From Eledone cirrhosa (taxonomy: Eukaryota): a DNA stretch of 64,000 bases. Positions 11,514-23,969 of the stretch are shown one piece after another. Position 1 is the first letter of the stretch. The number at the start of each line of letters is the position of its first letter. The notes beneath the pieces are model-generated. The model made no database searches and was not told where the DNA came from. It worked only from the letters and a program-made list of their open reading frames with translations. The position numbers and the translations under genes were made by a program. The stretch covers positions 20,956,001 to 21,020,000 of the forward strand of contig OZ024753.1 of NCBI GenBank assembly GCA_964016885.1, in the 5' to 3' direction.

Positions 11514-12150
11514 CAGGGTTTCCCAGCCTGAGCGATTTCAACTATCAGGTGGACGATGAACGAATTTTTAGGAAATGGCGGACGATCTAAAATTTTGGTA
11601 GGCGACAAAGGATTTTCGGTAATTAAGTATGTTATTGATCATATAATGGCCGGTATGCTGTAATCACAGAGTTCGGATTCACTCTTCTCTTGTCTAAACT
11701 AAGGAAGTAGTATCCAGCTGTATGACTGTACTTCATTTGTTTTCAACTGATTCATGTCTAGCAGTTTACGGCTGCCGAACAGCCCACATGGTCAGCTTAC
11801 ATTGGATGGGCACACACCCACGTGCATCGGTAAGCAAGACCAACTGCAAAACGTGTTAACACTGCTGTTGTTGCGCATCATGAATTTATGCCTTCGCTGA
11901 TTCCGCCTCTCTAAATTCTTTTTCGAATTTTAACTTCCCTGATGCCTCCGGTAAAGAAAACTTGTCACCAGTACAGCATTGATTTTTTATCATATGGATT
12001 TATTGCTTCTCCTCAGAACTGTCAATTACCCATGTGTCTTTTATGCCAGCAAACTTTGAGCAATGAAGCCATGAAACCTTCACGCTTGAAATATCATTTT
12101 GATTCCAAGCATTCTGACAAAAAAGACAAACCGTTGTCTTATTTTTGTAG
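11514..12150 (+). mobile_element. hAT (Charlie/Buster-like) transposon 5' end with BED zinc-finger
   Basis: Starts cagggtttcccagcct where the mariner homology stops. ORF 11942: QYSIDFLSYGF-PMCLLC-LSNEAMKPSRLKYHFDSKH. Confidence 0.85.
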
Positions 12151-12699
12151 CCAAACGAGGAGACTTGCGATTAAAATTGACAAGTTTGCAACCAAATGTG
12201 TCTGCACTAGCTGCGTCGCATAAGCCTCAAGGATCACACTGAAAACTAAACATGGTGAGTTTGTTGAACATTTAATACATGTATCATTTTTCAATTTTGT
12301 TTCATTGAGAAACATTTAGCAATCAAAAACTTCATTCTTCTGGATAACGTTTCAACTCCATATCCCCATTTTGCAATATTTCATACATTTCTCTCAGTAA
12401 TTTTCTCCTAATTCAGTTTATATATAGTATCGTCTTTTTTAATGTATCATGGATTACGTTACTGATTACATAAGACAGTGTAACGCAGTCTTCGTTCAAT
12501 TTCTATGTATATTGTCAATTACGATTTTATTTGATGTATCATATCTACATGTATATATACTTGCGTATAATATCAATTTACACACTATACATGCTAGCAG
12601 AAAAACCAGCCAAAGGGTGGTTTTTCTGCTAGTTCATATAAAATAGATATTGATTATGTTACTCAACAAAGAAAGCTCAGTGAACATTATTACACTTAT

Positions 12700-12891
12700 A
12701 GCGGTGGATTGGCAGTATCGGTAGAGGGTCGGACGCCATGCTTTGACGTATAGAGTTACGGCCCTTGCCATTCTGAGTTCAAATCCCGCCGAGGTTAACT
12801 TTGCCTTTCCTCCTTATGGGGTTGATAAAATAAAGTACCAGTAATACACTGGGTATTTGCTGGCCTTGTGCCAAAAGTAGAAACAATTATT
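12700..12891 (+). mobile_element. tRNA-related SINE family 2 (Nin/Deu-like central domain)
   Basis: B box gagttcaaatcc, central gcctttc(a)tcctt..gggt(c)gataaaat..gtacc, and TSD attattacacttatagc on both sides. Confidence 0.85.
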
Positions 12892-12981
12892 ACACTTATA
12901 GCATCATTTATACAAATTTAAATGATATACAAAAAAATCTTTTTCATACATCAAGTTGAGAAATAACTAGTATTTTGTAGA

Positions 12982-13901
12982 TCTACTAATATATAATTGT
13001 TTCTACTTTTGGCACCAGGCCAGCAATTATCCCAGTGCATTACTGGTACTTTATTTTATCGACCCTGTAAGGATGAAAGGCAAAGTTAACCTCGGCGGGA
13101 TTTGAACTCAGATCATAAAGGGAGGTAACTCAATACTTCAAAGCATGACGCCCGACCCTCTACCGATACTGCCAATCCACCGCCTACTAATATATAATAC
13201 ACTTTTGTATTTGTCCATCATGGAAAGGGAGGTAACTCATCTATGCAAGAGTATATAAATATAAACACATACATATACACGCAGTAGAGAGGACAGAAGA
13301 AGGGAGGAGTGATTATGTTGACTGAGGAAGGAAGGGGTAAAAACGTTGACTGAGGAAGGAGCGGGGATAACGTTGACTGAGGAAGAAAGGGGTGGCAGCG
13401 TCTAATATTTGTGTATATATCTATAGCAAATTGGCTACATATGTTGGCTGTTATGATTATGTGTATGTTTGTGTGTATGTGTATATGTGTGTTTGTGTAA
13501 ATTATATTTATATATAATATTTGTGTGAATGTATATGTGTTTGTGTGTGTTTATTTAGAAAGATATATAGACTACAGAATTACAAACACACACGCATCTA
13601 CACATACATATATATAAACAGACACACTTAAAAAAATAATCATTACAGACATACACATCTATGTCATGACTGAGGAAGGAGGGGTGAGAAACTATAGAAG
13701 TCCAGTGTTCTAAGATTTGTCACAGCTGTGTGTGTGTATGTGTAGTGATAGGCTACACACATTGACTGAGTTTGTACGTTTGTATCACTTGTGTGAGTGA
13801 GCGCAAAGGAACCAACCAACCAACAAACAGACATCTCTTTTTTTATATTATGTTTACATACTACAATTAACCGTCATTTTTTATGGTACGGAGCCAGCTA
13901 G
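12982..13901 (+). mobile_element. Putative non-autonomous Helitron containing a SINE insertion
   Basis: a|TCtactaatatataat 5' end, subterminal hairpin ccgtcat-tttt-atggtacgg, CTAG|t 3' end, and internal gttgactgaggaag repeats. Confidence 0.55.
12995..13183 (-). mobile_element. SINE family 2
   Basis: Reverse-complement homologue of 12700-12891, with TSD ctactaatatataat. Confidence 0.85.
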
Positions 13902-13910
13902 TATATATAT

Positions 13911-14104
13911 AATTGTTTCTACTTTTGGCACAAGACCAGCAATTATCCCAGTGTATTACTGGTACTTTATTTTATCGACCCTGTAAGGATGAAAGGCAAA
14001 GTTAACCTCGGCGGGGTTTGAACTCAGATCATAAAGGGCCGTAACTCTTTGCTACAAAGCATGGCGTCCGACTCTCTACTGATACTGCCAATCCACCGCT
14101 TTCG
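13911..14104 (-). mobile_element. SINE family 2
   Basis: Homologue of 12700, with TSD gctagtatatatataatt. Confidence 0.85.
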
Positions 14105-14476
14105 CTAGTATATATATAATTAATGACAACAGTTATGTTGTTCATATATCTATAATAAAAATATATATATGATCAACATCACTGTTTAACATTTGCTTGA
14201 TAGCAAGGATTGTATTGGTTATAATCAAAGCTACTGATCTCTCAGATGGGCCAGGGACTACATCTGTGTATGTGATCCCACATCCCAGTACTTGACAACC
14301 TTGGAAGGATGAAGGGCAATGTTAACATTGGTGGCATTTGAACTCAGAATGTAAAAAGCCAGAAGAATTACTTCTAAGCATTTGTCAGATGCTCTAACAA
14401 CTCTACCAGCCTTGAAACCAATAAAATAATAAAAGAATTCAATAGCCATTCTCTTGGTTATGTAAATATTCAAACG

Positions 14477-14626
14477 GATGATGATGGTGATGGTGGTGGT
14501 GGTGATGGTGATGATGATGGCAATGGTGATGACGATGATGGTGATGGCAATGGCAGTGATGGTGGTGGTGGTGGTGATGAGGATGATGGTGGGGGTGATG
14601 ATGATGGTGATGGTGGTGATGATGAT
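14477..14626. repeat. (GAT/GGT)n low-complexity trinucleotide tract
   Basis: Seen directly. It explains the Ser/Pro-rich ORF 14470-14700. Confidence 0.9.
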
Positions 14627-14999
14627 TCAGTGACCACTATGGCTGGACATTCTGCAAGCAACATAATCAGTCTCATAAAATTGTCTGTACTTGTTTGCAA
14701 TGTTTAGTATTCTTCAAAATGACAGGATTATTTAGTGTTGATATATAGGATATTTATTGCTGTGATCAGCTCTTCCCATTAGTATTTCCAGGCTGAATTT
14801 TTTGCTAGTCAATAGTTTATGCTGAAAGTGGTAAATTGACAAAAGTCATAAAGATTTGGGATTAAATACATAATAGTATGAGTTCAAATCATACCAAAGT
14901 CAATTTAGCCTTTCACCCTTCTAGAGTCAAGAAATGAAGTAACAGTCTAAAGAGGTATTGCACTAGTTAGAATTCTTGGAACATTGGCTAGAATGCTTT

Positions 15000-15316
15000 G
15001 CCGGGTGATGTGTTGTTTCCTTGAGCAAGACACTTTATTTCACATTGCTCCAGTTCACTCAGCTGTAGAAATGAGATGATAGGACTGAGCTCCCTATCAT
15101 TCCACTGCAAAGTGGTCGTAGAGGTGCCATGGCAAAAATGCACCCAGCCCACACTGTAAAGCGGACATGTAGGCGCCACGGAAAAAAGCACCCAGCACTC
15201 ACTGTAAATAAGGTTGGTGTTAGGAAGGACATCCAGCTGTATAAATCAAGCCAGAACCAGTTCCCATCCCACCCTTGCAAGCAGGGAAAAGCAGACGTAA
15301 AATGATGATGATGATG
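15000..15316 (+). mobile_element. SINE family 1, 5'-truncated
   Basis: CORE block plus RTE tail plus (GAT)n. Confidence 0.8.
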
Positions 15317-15890
15317 TGCATTCTGAAATAAAATCCCACCTATTCTAACAGGGAAAATGGTGACATCATTAAATTGCTGGTGCCACAATAAAATGTGCCC
15401 AATGTACCCTCTTTCTCATATGATTTCTACTGCTCCCTATTGCCAAACACTTCTTGGCATCTACCAGATGCATGTTATCATTCGCTGCTATTATCATCTG
15501 ACAGAGTGGACTGGGTTCTTGTCATTATTGCATCAGCACTACCATTTTACAGGGGGGGGGGGTGCATTTTATCATGGCACCGACAGTAACAATTGTTAAT
15601 TCAGTAGTTTTGCAGAATTGGTAGAATAACAGGAATAAATATTTTGTGTTCAGTTGAATTCTTTTAAACTCTGAGTTCAAATGCAACTAAGATCAATTTT
15701 GCTTTCTGTCTTTCCAATTTCAATAAAATAAGTACCTGTTGAGTATTGATTTTGATCTACTTGTCTCCCATGTTTGAGGCTTTGTGTCTGTGTTAAACAG
15801 CAGTATTCTCTACATAGCCTTTGCACAGTAAAAATATCTCAAAGAAAAATTGATTTCCCTACCCCTTTTAAGGCATAATCAACAATGGAA

Positions 15891-15993
15891 GGCTGGGCAT
15901 ATATCTCTTTTGTTATGTTCCATAATTGAGATATGACTGTAAAGCATTCCAAATAAAAAGTGCTAAATACATTACATATATATTTCTTATGCT
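15891..15993 (+). repeat. 103-bp flanking direct repeat, copy 1 (copy 2 at 18587-18689)
   Basis: ggctgggcatatatctc...tatatttcttatgct appears identical on both sides of the LTR element. Confidence 0.95.
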
Positions 15994-18586
15994 TGTAGTG
16001 ACCTACATTTCGCGGGCTCACATACATTCTCTGTGCGTGATTTGGCTCAGTTCAGCCAATCAGCGCCATTAGAAGAGGATGTATCCCTACGCGCCCTGAG
16101 GAAGAAATTCACCGCGTAGATTTGAAGAATCTCTAGCTTGTACCGGAAACTTCAAGCCAGCAACACGCATAATGTAACAGTGAGATATTGCACCCCTAGC
16201 CTCGCCGGCTTAACGGCACAATGGCACATTCCCTTTTGTAACCTCTTTTTACCTGTAACTTCAACTATATAAATAAACAGACATTTCATCTCTAATTACT
16301 CGTGTCTCAATGACATCCATGTTGCTGGAATTGGCGACCTGACGAAAGGAATATTGTAAATAGATGGTAAATAGATCGAGGGACCTTCCCTCACGTCTAT
16401 GTCAACAAGATAATCCAACGAGGATACTATCACTTACCACACTGGCAACTAACGACCACTGATTCTACCACCCTGTTAAAGTGGCGATAACATCTATAAC
16501 CAATACTGCTAAAGTGGTGACCGACGTAAGAATATCACGCAGCCCTTCTTATTCATTCAGTTTAACTTTTATTGCCACGTCGCAACTTGCGAAAATCCAG
16601 AATATTACTTTTAAGAGTTTTGAAAAATTAGCAGTATTTCAAAAATTTTTTCGCCACGAAAAAAATTTCAAGATGGCTACCGACATGTCATGGCTACGCT
16701 TGACAACAACAATGACAGCAGCAGCGACAGCGTTGTTTAACCACTGACCAATACAGGGAACAGTGAGTAGCAGCTTCATAACCTTACCAACGCCAACCAC
16801 CACACATCGGAAATTTCAAAACGGCTTGTAACTTTACCGATGCAACCACCATACCTTCTGTCTCGTTACCACAGGGACGCGAGAAATTGAGACAGTAGTT
16901 TTCTCACCATTATGGCGTCAGACGTGACTGCCATATTTGGTGACTCCTACTCTACAGAAGATTCTTTGACTTTGCTTTAACAATAAGCAACACAACCGTG
17001 TGGCGGGACGGGAAAATGGCCACGAAATCTCACAAAAACACCATACATCCTACCCCTAACGGCATTAACAAACTTCTTTTTCAGTTTTCAGATAGAACTA
17101 GTGTCTGTACACTGGTGATGTGTGAACTATTTGACTTTGAAAAACTTTGAACTTATTGAGCAATTTCTCTGCTCCCCTAGATTGACTTTGAATTATCAGT
17201 TTGTTACATTCACATATTTCTTTGTAGAATGCATTTACTTGTTTTGTGCTCTTTTGCTATTTGCTTGCTCATGGTTTTTGTTCATTCACATTCTTTGCTG
17301 TTTTACATGCCTGCATATGCACACATTTTTTTTATCACACACCAACATGTTGTTCTTGGTATATGTTCTTCAAACGTAATATTCTGCGAGTCCCTTTTCA
17401 CCTGGTTGAGATGCTGGCAGCTCACAGAGCTTAATCCACTGGATTCAAACAGTCACCGCAACACGAGAATACTAATTGCCGCTGAACTCAAACAGCTTCG
17501 CATCTCGTTGCACACTGATCGTCCATGACGGCCATCCGTCTTGTTGTTTTTGCCCGACTCGCTGGGAAAGCAACAAATTGAACTGGACTTGTTAGCATTT
17601 CGGCCACTTCTGTGGATTCGCCCAAATTATGGAATTTACACTGCAACCCACCTACAAATTAAACTTGCCTTTTGTTCTTTACAAAGCAACCAGCCATTTT
17701 TTCCTGGCTCCACAGCACATTCGACAATACATCTGGGGGCCATCATTTTCTCGCCAGCACTGGTAAACTACCATAATAGCTTCGTTCACAGCTACTGGTA
17801 CAACGCTTACCATTAACATTTAATGCAAGAACAGCAACTTCGCCCATGTCAGACTTTATCCGTTTTTTGTTAGACCTTTGGCGGTCACGTATAAACAACA
17901 AAACAATTGGTCATTTGACACAGCGGCTCAACACGGCCCGTAGCGCCTAATTTTTTGTTCTTGCATGCAACCTTCTGCTCAATTATTTTTTTCACTGATG
18001 TGCTCTTTCAGCATTTGTTCTTGCTGATTTAATATGTGAGTCCTTGGTTTCTTCGTTATCGATTTTCGGCTGAAAATCTGGTTGGAGGTGATGTAGTGAC
18101 CTACATTCCGCGGGCTCACATACATTCTCTGTGCGTGATTTGGCTCAGTTCAGCCAATCAGCGCCAGTAGAAGAGGATGTATCCCTACGCGTAGATTTGA
18201 AGAATCTCTAGCTTGTACCGGAAACTTCAAGCCAGCAACACGCATAATGTAACAGTGAGATATTGCACCCCTAGCCTCGCCGGCTTAACGGCACAATGGC
18301 ACATTCCCTTTTGTAACCTCTTTTTACCTGTAACTTCAACTATATAAATAAACAGACATTTCATCTCTAATTACTCGTGTCTCAATGACATCCATGTTGC
18401 TGGAATTGGCGACCTGACGAAAGGAATATTGTAAATAGATGGTAAATAGATCGAGGGACCTTCCCTCACGTCTATGTCAACAAGATAATCCAACGAGGAT
18501 ACTATCACTTACCACACTGGCAACTAACGACCACTGATTCTACCACCCTGTTAAAGTGGCGATAACATCTATAACCAATACTGCTA
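15994..18586 (+). mobile_element. Non-autonomous LTR retroelement (LTRs 15994-16511 and 18092-18586)
   Basis: Near-identical direct repeats starting TGTAGTG. PBS-like tggtgaccgacg (tRNA-Trp-like) follows the left LTR and purine-rich ggttggaggtga precedes the right LTR. No recognisable gag/pol in the 1.58-kb interior. Confidence 0.85.
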
Positions 18587-18959
18587 GGCTGGGCATATAT
18601 CTCTTTTGTTATGTTCCATAATTGAGATATGACTGTAAAGCATTCCAAATAAAAAGTGCTAAATACATTACATATATATTTCTTATGCTGTATTCTATAG
18701 CAAAGGCTTGAGTATATTTTGTGTCAAATTCTGTATTATGTTATCTCAAAAAATCTAAATAATTTTGGCATATCTGTGTAAAACAAATTCTTACTGCAGC
18801 ATTTTTTACTAGCTTATTACAACACCTCAGGGTTATAGTGTCTGTGATTGAAATCTATTAGATTAGACAAAAATTACTAGTTATAAAATATTGGATTTTT
18901 AAAAACAGACGGCTTGAAGTTTGAGAAAAAAAAATGATTGAAACAAATGTCTTGAAGTG

Positions 18960-19292
18960 AATCATCATCATCATCACCGTTTTACGCCCGTTCTTCTACG
19001 CTAGCATAGGTTAGACGGGTTGTCCTGTTGTGGACAGTGTCTGGTTGGCTGACCTTGTCTTGCTCATATGATTCTGGCTTGATTTCTACAGCTGGATGAC
19101 CTTCCTAACACCAACCTCATTTACAGTGAGTGCTGGGTGCTTTTTTGCCGTGGCACCTACACGTCCACTTTACAGTGTGGGCTGGGTGTTTTTTTGCCGT
19201 GGCACCTCCACGACCACTTTACAGTGGGAGGGTGTGGGGGCATATTGTCTATATGCTTCAGCTTCGGCTTGTACTCATGGGGGGTCGGGTAT
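18960..19292 (-). mobile_element. Isolated RTE 3'-UTR tail
   Basis: Reverse complement of the RTE UTR at 22040-22375. Confidence 0.8.
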
Positions 19293-19419
19293 CACATAGA
19301 ATTAAGTTCAGCGATGAGCTGACGATAGAATCTTGAGCATTTTTTTTTTAAAGTATTGCAATTCTTTACATGCAACTAATCATGTGCCACTATACAGGTT
19401 TTCAATTTAAAAAAAAAAC

Positions 19420-19551
19420 ATTTGCTAACAGTGTTTCATCCATACCCTAGGGCAGGAATCATCGGAGCCTATAAACAACCTTAGATATATTTTTGTTTAT
19501 AGGCTCTGATGATTCCTGCCCTAGGGTATGGATGAAACACTGTTAGCAAAT
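19420..19551. repeat. 132-bp palindrome with a hammerhead motif in each arm
   Basis: Plus-strand right arm: gct CTGATGA ttcc-tgccctagggta-tggat GAAAC act GTT agc. The left arm is its reverse complement with the core changed to CCGATGA. Confidence 0.85.
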
Positions 19552-19574
19552 AAAACAATGTATTTCTAAGCACT

Positions 19575-22375
19575 CTATGACGCCAATGACATGTCAATAT
19601 GTAACACAAACTTCAAAAAACCCGACAACCACCTGATCACCTATAGATCAGGGGAGCATTCTAGTCAGATAGATTTTATCCTCATCAGAGGACGTGACAG
19701 ATGGACGGTCGTAAACACAAAAGCCTTCCCTAGTGAGGAATGTACCTTCCAACATAGCTTAGTTGTCAGCGACCTCATGGTCAGAACTAGACGAACCTGG
19801 AAACAGGAGCCAACCTGGAGAAGAAAGATCTGGAAGCTGAAAGACCCCTCAGCCAGTAACAGATTTAAAGATATTTTACTCAACGCCTACGACAGTAAAG
19901 AAGAATAGATAGACATTCAATGTAGAAGAGCACTGGGAGTTCCTAAAAAATAACTTACTAGAGGTGACGGATGAGATCTGTGGCTGGAGTAAGACCACAG
20001 GCAGGCAGAGAGTGACTTGGTGGTGGAACAATAAGGTAGATGAGGCAGTTAAGGCCAAGAGACAGGCATGGAAAGAATGGGGGAAGCAGGGTACATTACA
20101 TAGAGACCAGAAGGGAAGGTAGGAGACAAGTATAATTAGCTAGGAGGGAAGCAGAGGATAGAAAATTCAAGCATGTTTTGCAACGTGAGGACCAGAAACA
20201 GGAGGCGTTCAAGATTGCGAGGCAGTGTGTCGGAGAGAATTGTGATGTCATTGGAGAGAAGTGTATTCGGAATGATAAAGGTGAGCTTGCACTCACAAGT
20301 GCTGAGAAGAAAGACGCGTGGAAGAGCCATTATGAGAGATTACTAAATGAGGAGAATGCATGGGAAGAAGTGACCCTACCCTAAGTAGAACCTGTAGGGG
20401 GACAGCAGTACAAGTCAGCAGCAGCGTAGTAAATAAGGCAATCAAAAATATGAAGATGGGGAAGGCAACCGGTCAATCGGGTATAGCTGCCGAGATGCTG
20501 AAGGCATCTGGGTAAGTAGGTCACACCATAACCACACATATTGTTAACCAGGTAATACTAGGTGTCATACCAAAAGATTGGTGCAGTAGCATCATTGTCA
20601 ACTGCTACAAAGGTAAAGGTGATGCACTAGATAGAGGAAACTATAGAGGTATAAAGCTGATGGACCAGGTCATGAAAGTAACAGAAAGAGTTATAGCACA
20701 GTTGATTAGGGACCGGATGAAACTAGATGAGATGCAATTTGGGTTTGTGCCAGGAAGAGGCACCACTGATGCCCTCTTCCTTGTGAGGCAGTTACAGGAA
20801 AAGTACCTAGCTAAAAGTAAGCCACTCTAACTGGCATTCGTTGATCTCGAGAAAGCCTTTGACAGACTTCCCCATACTATAATCTGGTGGGCTCTTAGAA
20901 AACTAGGAGTAGTTGAATGGCTTGTGAAAGCTGTACAAGCCATGTATAGGGGAGCAGTCAGCAAAATTAGGATTAGAAATGAGTATAGCGAGGAATTTAG
21001 CGTACAGGTCGGTGTCCACCAGGGCTCTGTTCTTAGCCCTCTCCTGTTCATCATAGTCCTACAGGCAATAACGAAGGAGTTTAAGACCGGATGCCCATGG
21101 GAACTCCTGTATGCAGATGACCTTGCACTTATAGCTGAATCTATGGGAGAACTAGAGAAGAAATTCCAAACATGGAAGCAGGGACTAGAAAGAAAGGGTC
21201 TCAAAGTCAACCTGGCAAAGACTAAGGTCCTTGTAAGTAGACGAGAAAACAGAACCCAGATCCCCTCAGGGAAATGGTCTTGCTCAGTATGTAGGAAAGG
21301 TATAGGTAGGAACTACATTCTCTGCTCCAAATGCAAACAATGGGTACACAAGAGATGTAGCGGGATCTCAGGAAGCTTAACTAAGAATGTAGGCTTCACA
21401 TGTAGCAGCCACATGCAAACAGCCACAGGAAACAAGTACCACCAATCTCTGGAAGGGCTCTATAGAAACAGTAGACAGCTTCTGCTACCTAGGTGACCAA
21501 ATTAGCAGCGGAGGTGGGTGTTCGGAAATTACAATAACTAGGGTAAGAACGGGATGGAAGAAGTTCAGGGAGCTACTGCCACTGCTAGCTGCAAAAGGCT
21601 TTTCCCTCAAAATGAAAGGCAGACTGTATGATGCGTGTATCCAAACGGCAATATTACATGGTAGTGGGACCTGGGCGCTGTCTGTGGAAGACATGCATAG
21701 ATTAGAAAGAAACGAAGCCTGCATGCTCCGATGGATGTGTAATAGTAATATACGTGAACAGTAAAACATAAATGAATTGAGAGAGAGACACTGTGCATAA
21801 GAGGAATCAAATGCTGTGTGCAAGAGAGGCGTTGTGTTTGTATGGACATGTGATGCATATGAAGGATGACAGCTGCATAAAAAGGTGCAGAACACTAGAA
21901 GTCCATGGAAACCGCGGAGTGGGAAAACCCAAGAAGACCTGGGATGAGGTGATAAAAGCCAACCTTACTCAGTTACACCTCTCAAAGGCGATGACACACG
22001 ACCGTGACCTCTGGCGTCACGCAGTAATACAGAAGACCCGACCCCCCATGGGTACAAGCCGAAGCTGAAGCATATAGACAATATGCCCCCACACCCTCCA
22101 CTGCAAAGTGGTCGTGGAGGTGCCACGGCAAAAAAAGCACCCAGCCCACACTGTAAAGTGGATGTGTAGGCGCCACGGCAGAAAAGCACCCAGCACTCAC
22201 TGTAAATGAGGTTGGTGTTAGGAAGGTCATCCAGCTGTAGAAATCAAGCCAGAATCAGTTCCCATATGAGCAAGACTAGGTCAGCCGACCGGACACTGCC
22301 CACAACAGGACAACCCGTCTAACCCATGCTAGTGTGGAAGAATGGACATAAAACAGTGATGATGATGATGATGAG
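19575..22375 (+). mobile_element. RTE-clade LINE (APE C-terminus to 3' tail), decayed
   Basis: ITYRSG-SQIDFIL, TWWWN, NYRGIKL, QFGF-G, VHQGSVLSPLLF, LLYADD, Cys-rich insert, (GAT)n tail. Confidence 0.92.
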
Positions 22376-22437
22376 TGTTTCCGTAGGAAAGGTAAAGGAT
22401 TGGAGAGTGCTCTATGTAGGCTACAGAGCTATTTAGT

Positions 22438-22650
22438 TAGTTATGTAATAAACAACATAAGACAATTATTCCATTTCACGAAGACGGACGAGCTCGACAC
22501 GGACGTCTGAAATCGCTCATCAGAATGACATTTTATATCTAAAATTTTATATCTTACATCCACTTCAAATAAAATTTCATTCTGATGAGCCATTTCAGAC
22601 CTGTCTTCGTGAAACCTTTGGTAAATGGAATGTTGTTTATTACATAACTA
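22438..22650. repeat. Imperfect inverted repeat of a hammerhead-bearing PLE terminus (same family as 46350 and 53360)
   Basis: Ends tagttatgtaataaacaacat / atgttgtttattacataacta. Plus strand 22576-22630: ttcatt CTGATGA...GAAACC ttt GGTA aatgga. Confidence 0.75.
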
Positions 22651-22672
22651 TATATATATATACATATATATA

Positions 22673-23741
22673 TCATCATCATCTTCATCATCACCGTTTT
22701 ACGTCCGTTCTTCCACGCTAGCATGGGTTAGATGGGTTGTCCTGTTGTGGGCAGTGTCTGGTCAGCTGACCATGCCTTCCTCATACAGGAACTGATTTGG
22801 CTTGATTTCTACAGCTGGATGCCCTTCCTAACACCAACCTCATTTACAGTGAGTGCTGGGTGCTTTTTTGTGGCGCCTACACGTCCACTTTACAGTGTGG
22901 GCTGGGTGCTTTTTTGCCGTGGCACCTCCACGACCACCTTGCGGTGGGGGGTGTGGGGGCATATTGTCTATATGCTTCAGCTTGTACCCATGGGAGGTCA
23001 GGTACTCTGTATTACTGCGTGACGCCAGGAGTCACGGTCGTGTGTCATTGCCTTTGAGAGGTGTAATTGGGTAAGGTTGGCTTTTATCACCTCATCCCAG
23101 GTCATCTTGGGTCTCCCCACTCCGCGGTTTCCATCAACTTCTAGTGCTCTGCACCTTTTTATGCAGCTGTCATCCTTCATACGCATCACATGTCCATACC
23201 AATGCAACCGCCTCTCCTGCACACAGCATTTGATTCCTCTTATGCTCAGCCTCTCTCTCAATTCATTTATGCTTTGTCGTTCACGTATATTACTGTTACA
23301 CATCCATCGGAGCATGCAGGCTTCGTTTCTCTCTAATCTACGTAAGTCTTCCACCTTCAGCGCCCGGGTCTCACTACCATGCAACATTGCTGTTCGGATA
23401 CATGCATCATACAGTCTGCCTTTCATTCTGAGGGAGAAGCCTTTTGCAGCTAGCAGTGGTAGTAGTTCCCTAAACTTCTTCCATCCCGTTCTTACCCTAG
23501 TTATTGTACTTTCTGAACACCCACCTCCGCTGCTAATTCGGTCACCTAGGTAGCAGAAACTGTCTACTGTTTCTACAGAGCCCTCCCAGAGATTGGTGGT
23601 ACTTGTTTCCTGTGGCTGTTTGCTGCTTGCTGTCTCAGCACAGCTGCTGCATGTGAAGCCTACATTCTTAATTAAGCTTCCTGAGATCCCGCTACATCTC
23701 TTGTGTACCCATTGTTTGCATTTGGGGCAGAGAATGGAGTT

Positions 23742-23743
<2 letters not shown>
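22673..23743 (-). mobile_element. RTE-clade LINE 3' fragment
   Basis: KGRLYDACIRTAMLHGSET-LERNE-RRLHWYGHV-GRPKMTW plus UTR. Lies opposite to the 19575-22375 copy. Confidence 0.9.
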
Positions 23744-23787
<44 letters not shown>

Positions 23788-23871
23788 CGTTATTCCGGGT
23801 TGAATCGGAGGTAACCACAGTAAGTGAGGTACTCAATACATTGCAGAGTATAAAAGTTTTAATATAGATGA

Positions 23872-23920
23872 GATTTTACAGGACTAGAACTGTTTCATTC
23901 TTTAGAAATCATCAGGAATC
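23872..23920 (-). ncRNA. Type I hammerhead ribozyme within palindrome 23886-23955
   Basis: gattc CTGATGA tttc-taaa-gaat GAAACAG ttctagtc CTGTA aaatc. The plus-strand mirror copy has a mutated core (ctgctgc). Confidence 0.7.
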
Positions 23921-23969
23921 AGATTCCTGCTGCTTTCTAAAGAATGAAACAGTTCCATACATATATATA

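Noticed and set aside
10684-11531. SETMAR-like host gene
   Set aside because: No SET domain and multiple frameshifts. This is an ordinary mariner fossil.
11942-12223. Domesticated ZBED/SCAND-like host gene
   Set aside because: It has a TIR-like end upstream and is truncated right after the BED finger, so it is a transposon remnant.
14470-14700. Ser/Pro-rich extensin-like ORF
   Set aside because: Product of a (GAT/GGT)n tract, with no splice or homology support.
15891-18689. DIRS/Ngaro split-direct-repeat element
   Set aside because: The repeat order is X-A...A-X with PBS and PPT adjacent to A, and there is no tyrosine recombinase. It fits an LTR element plus flanking duplication better.
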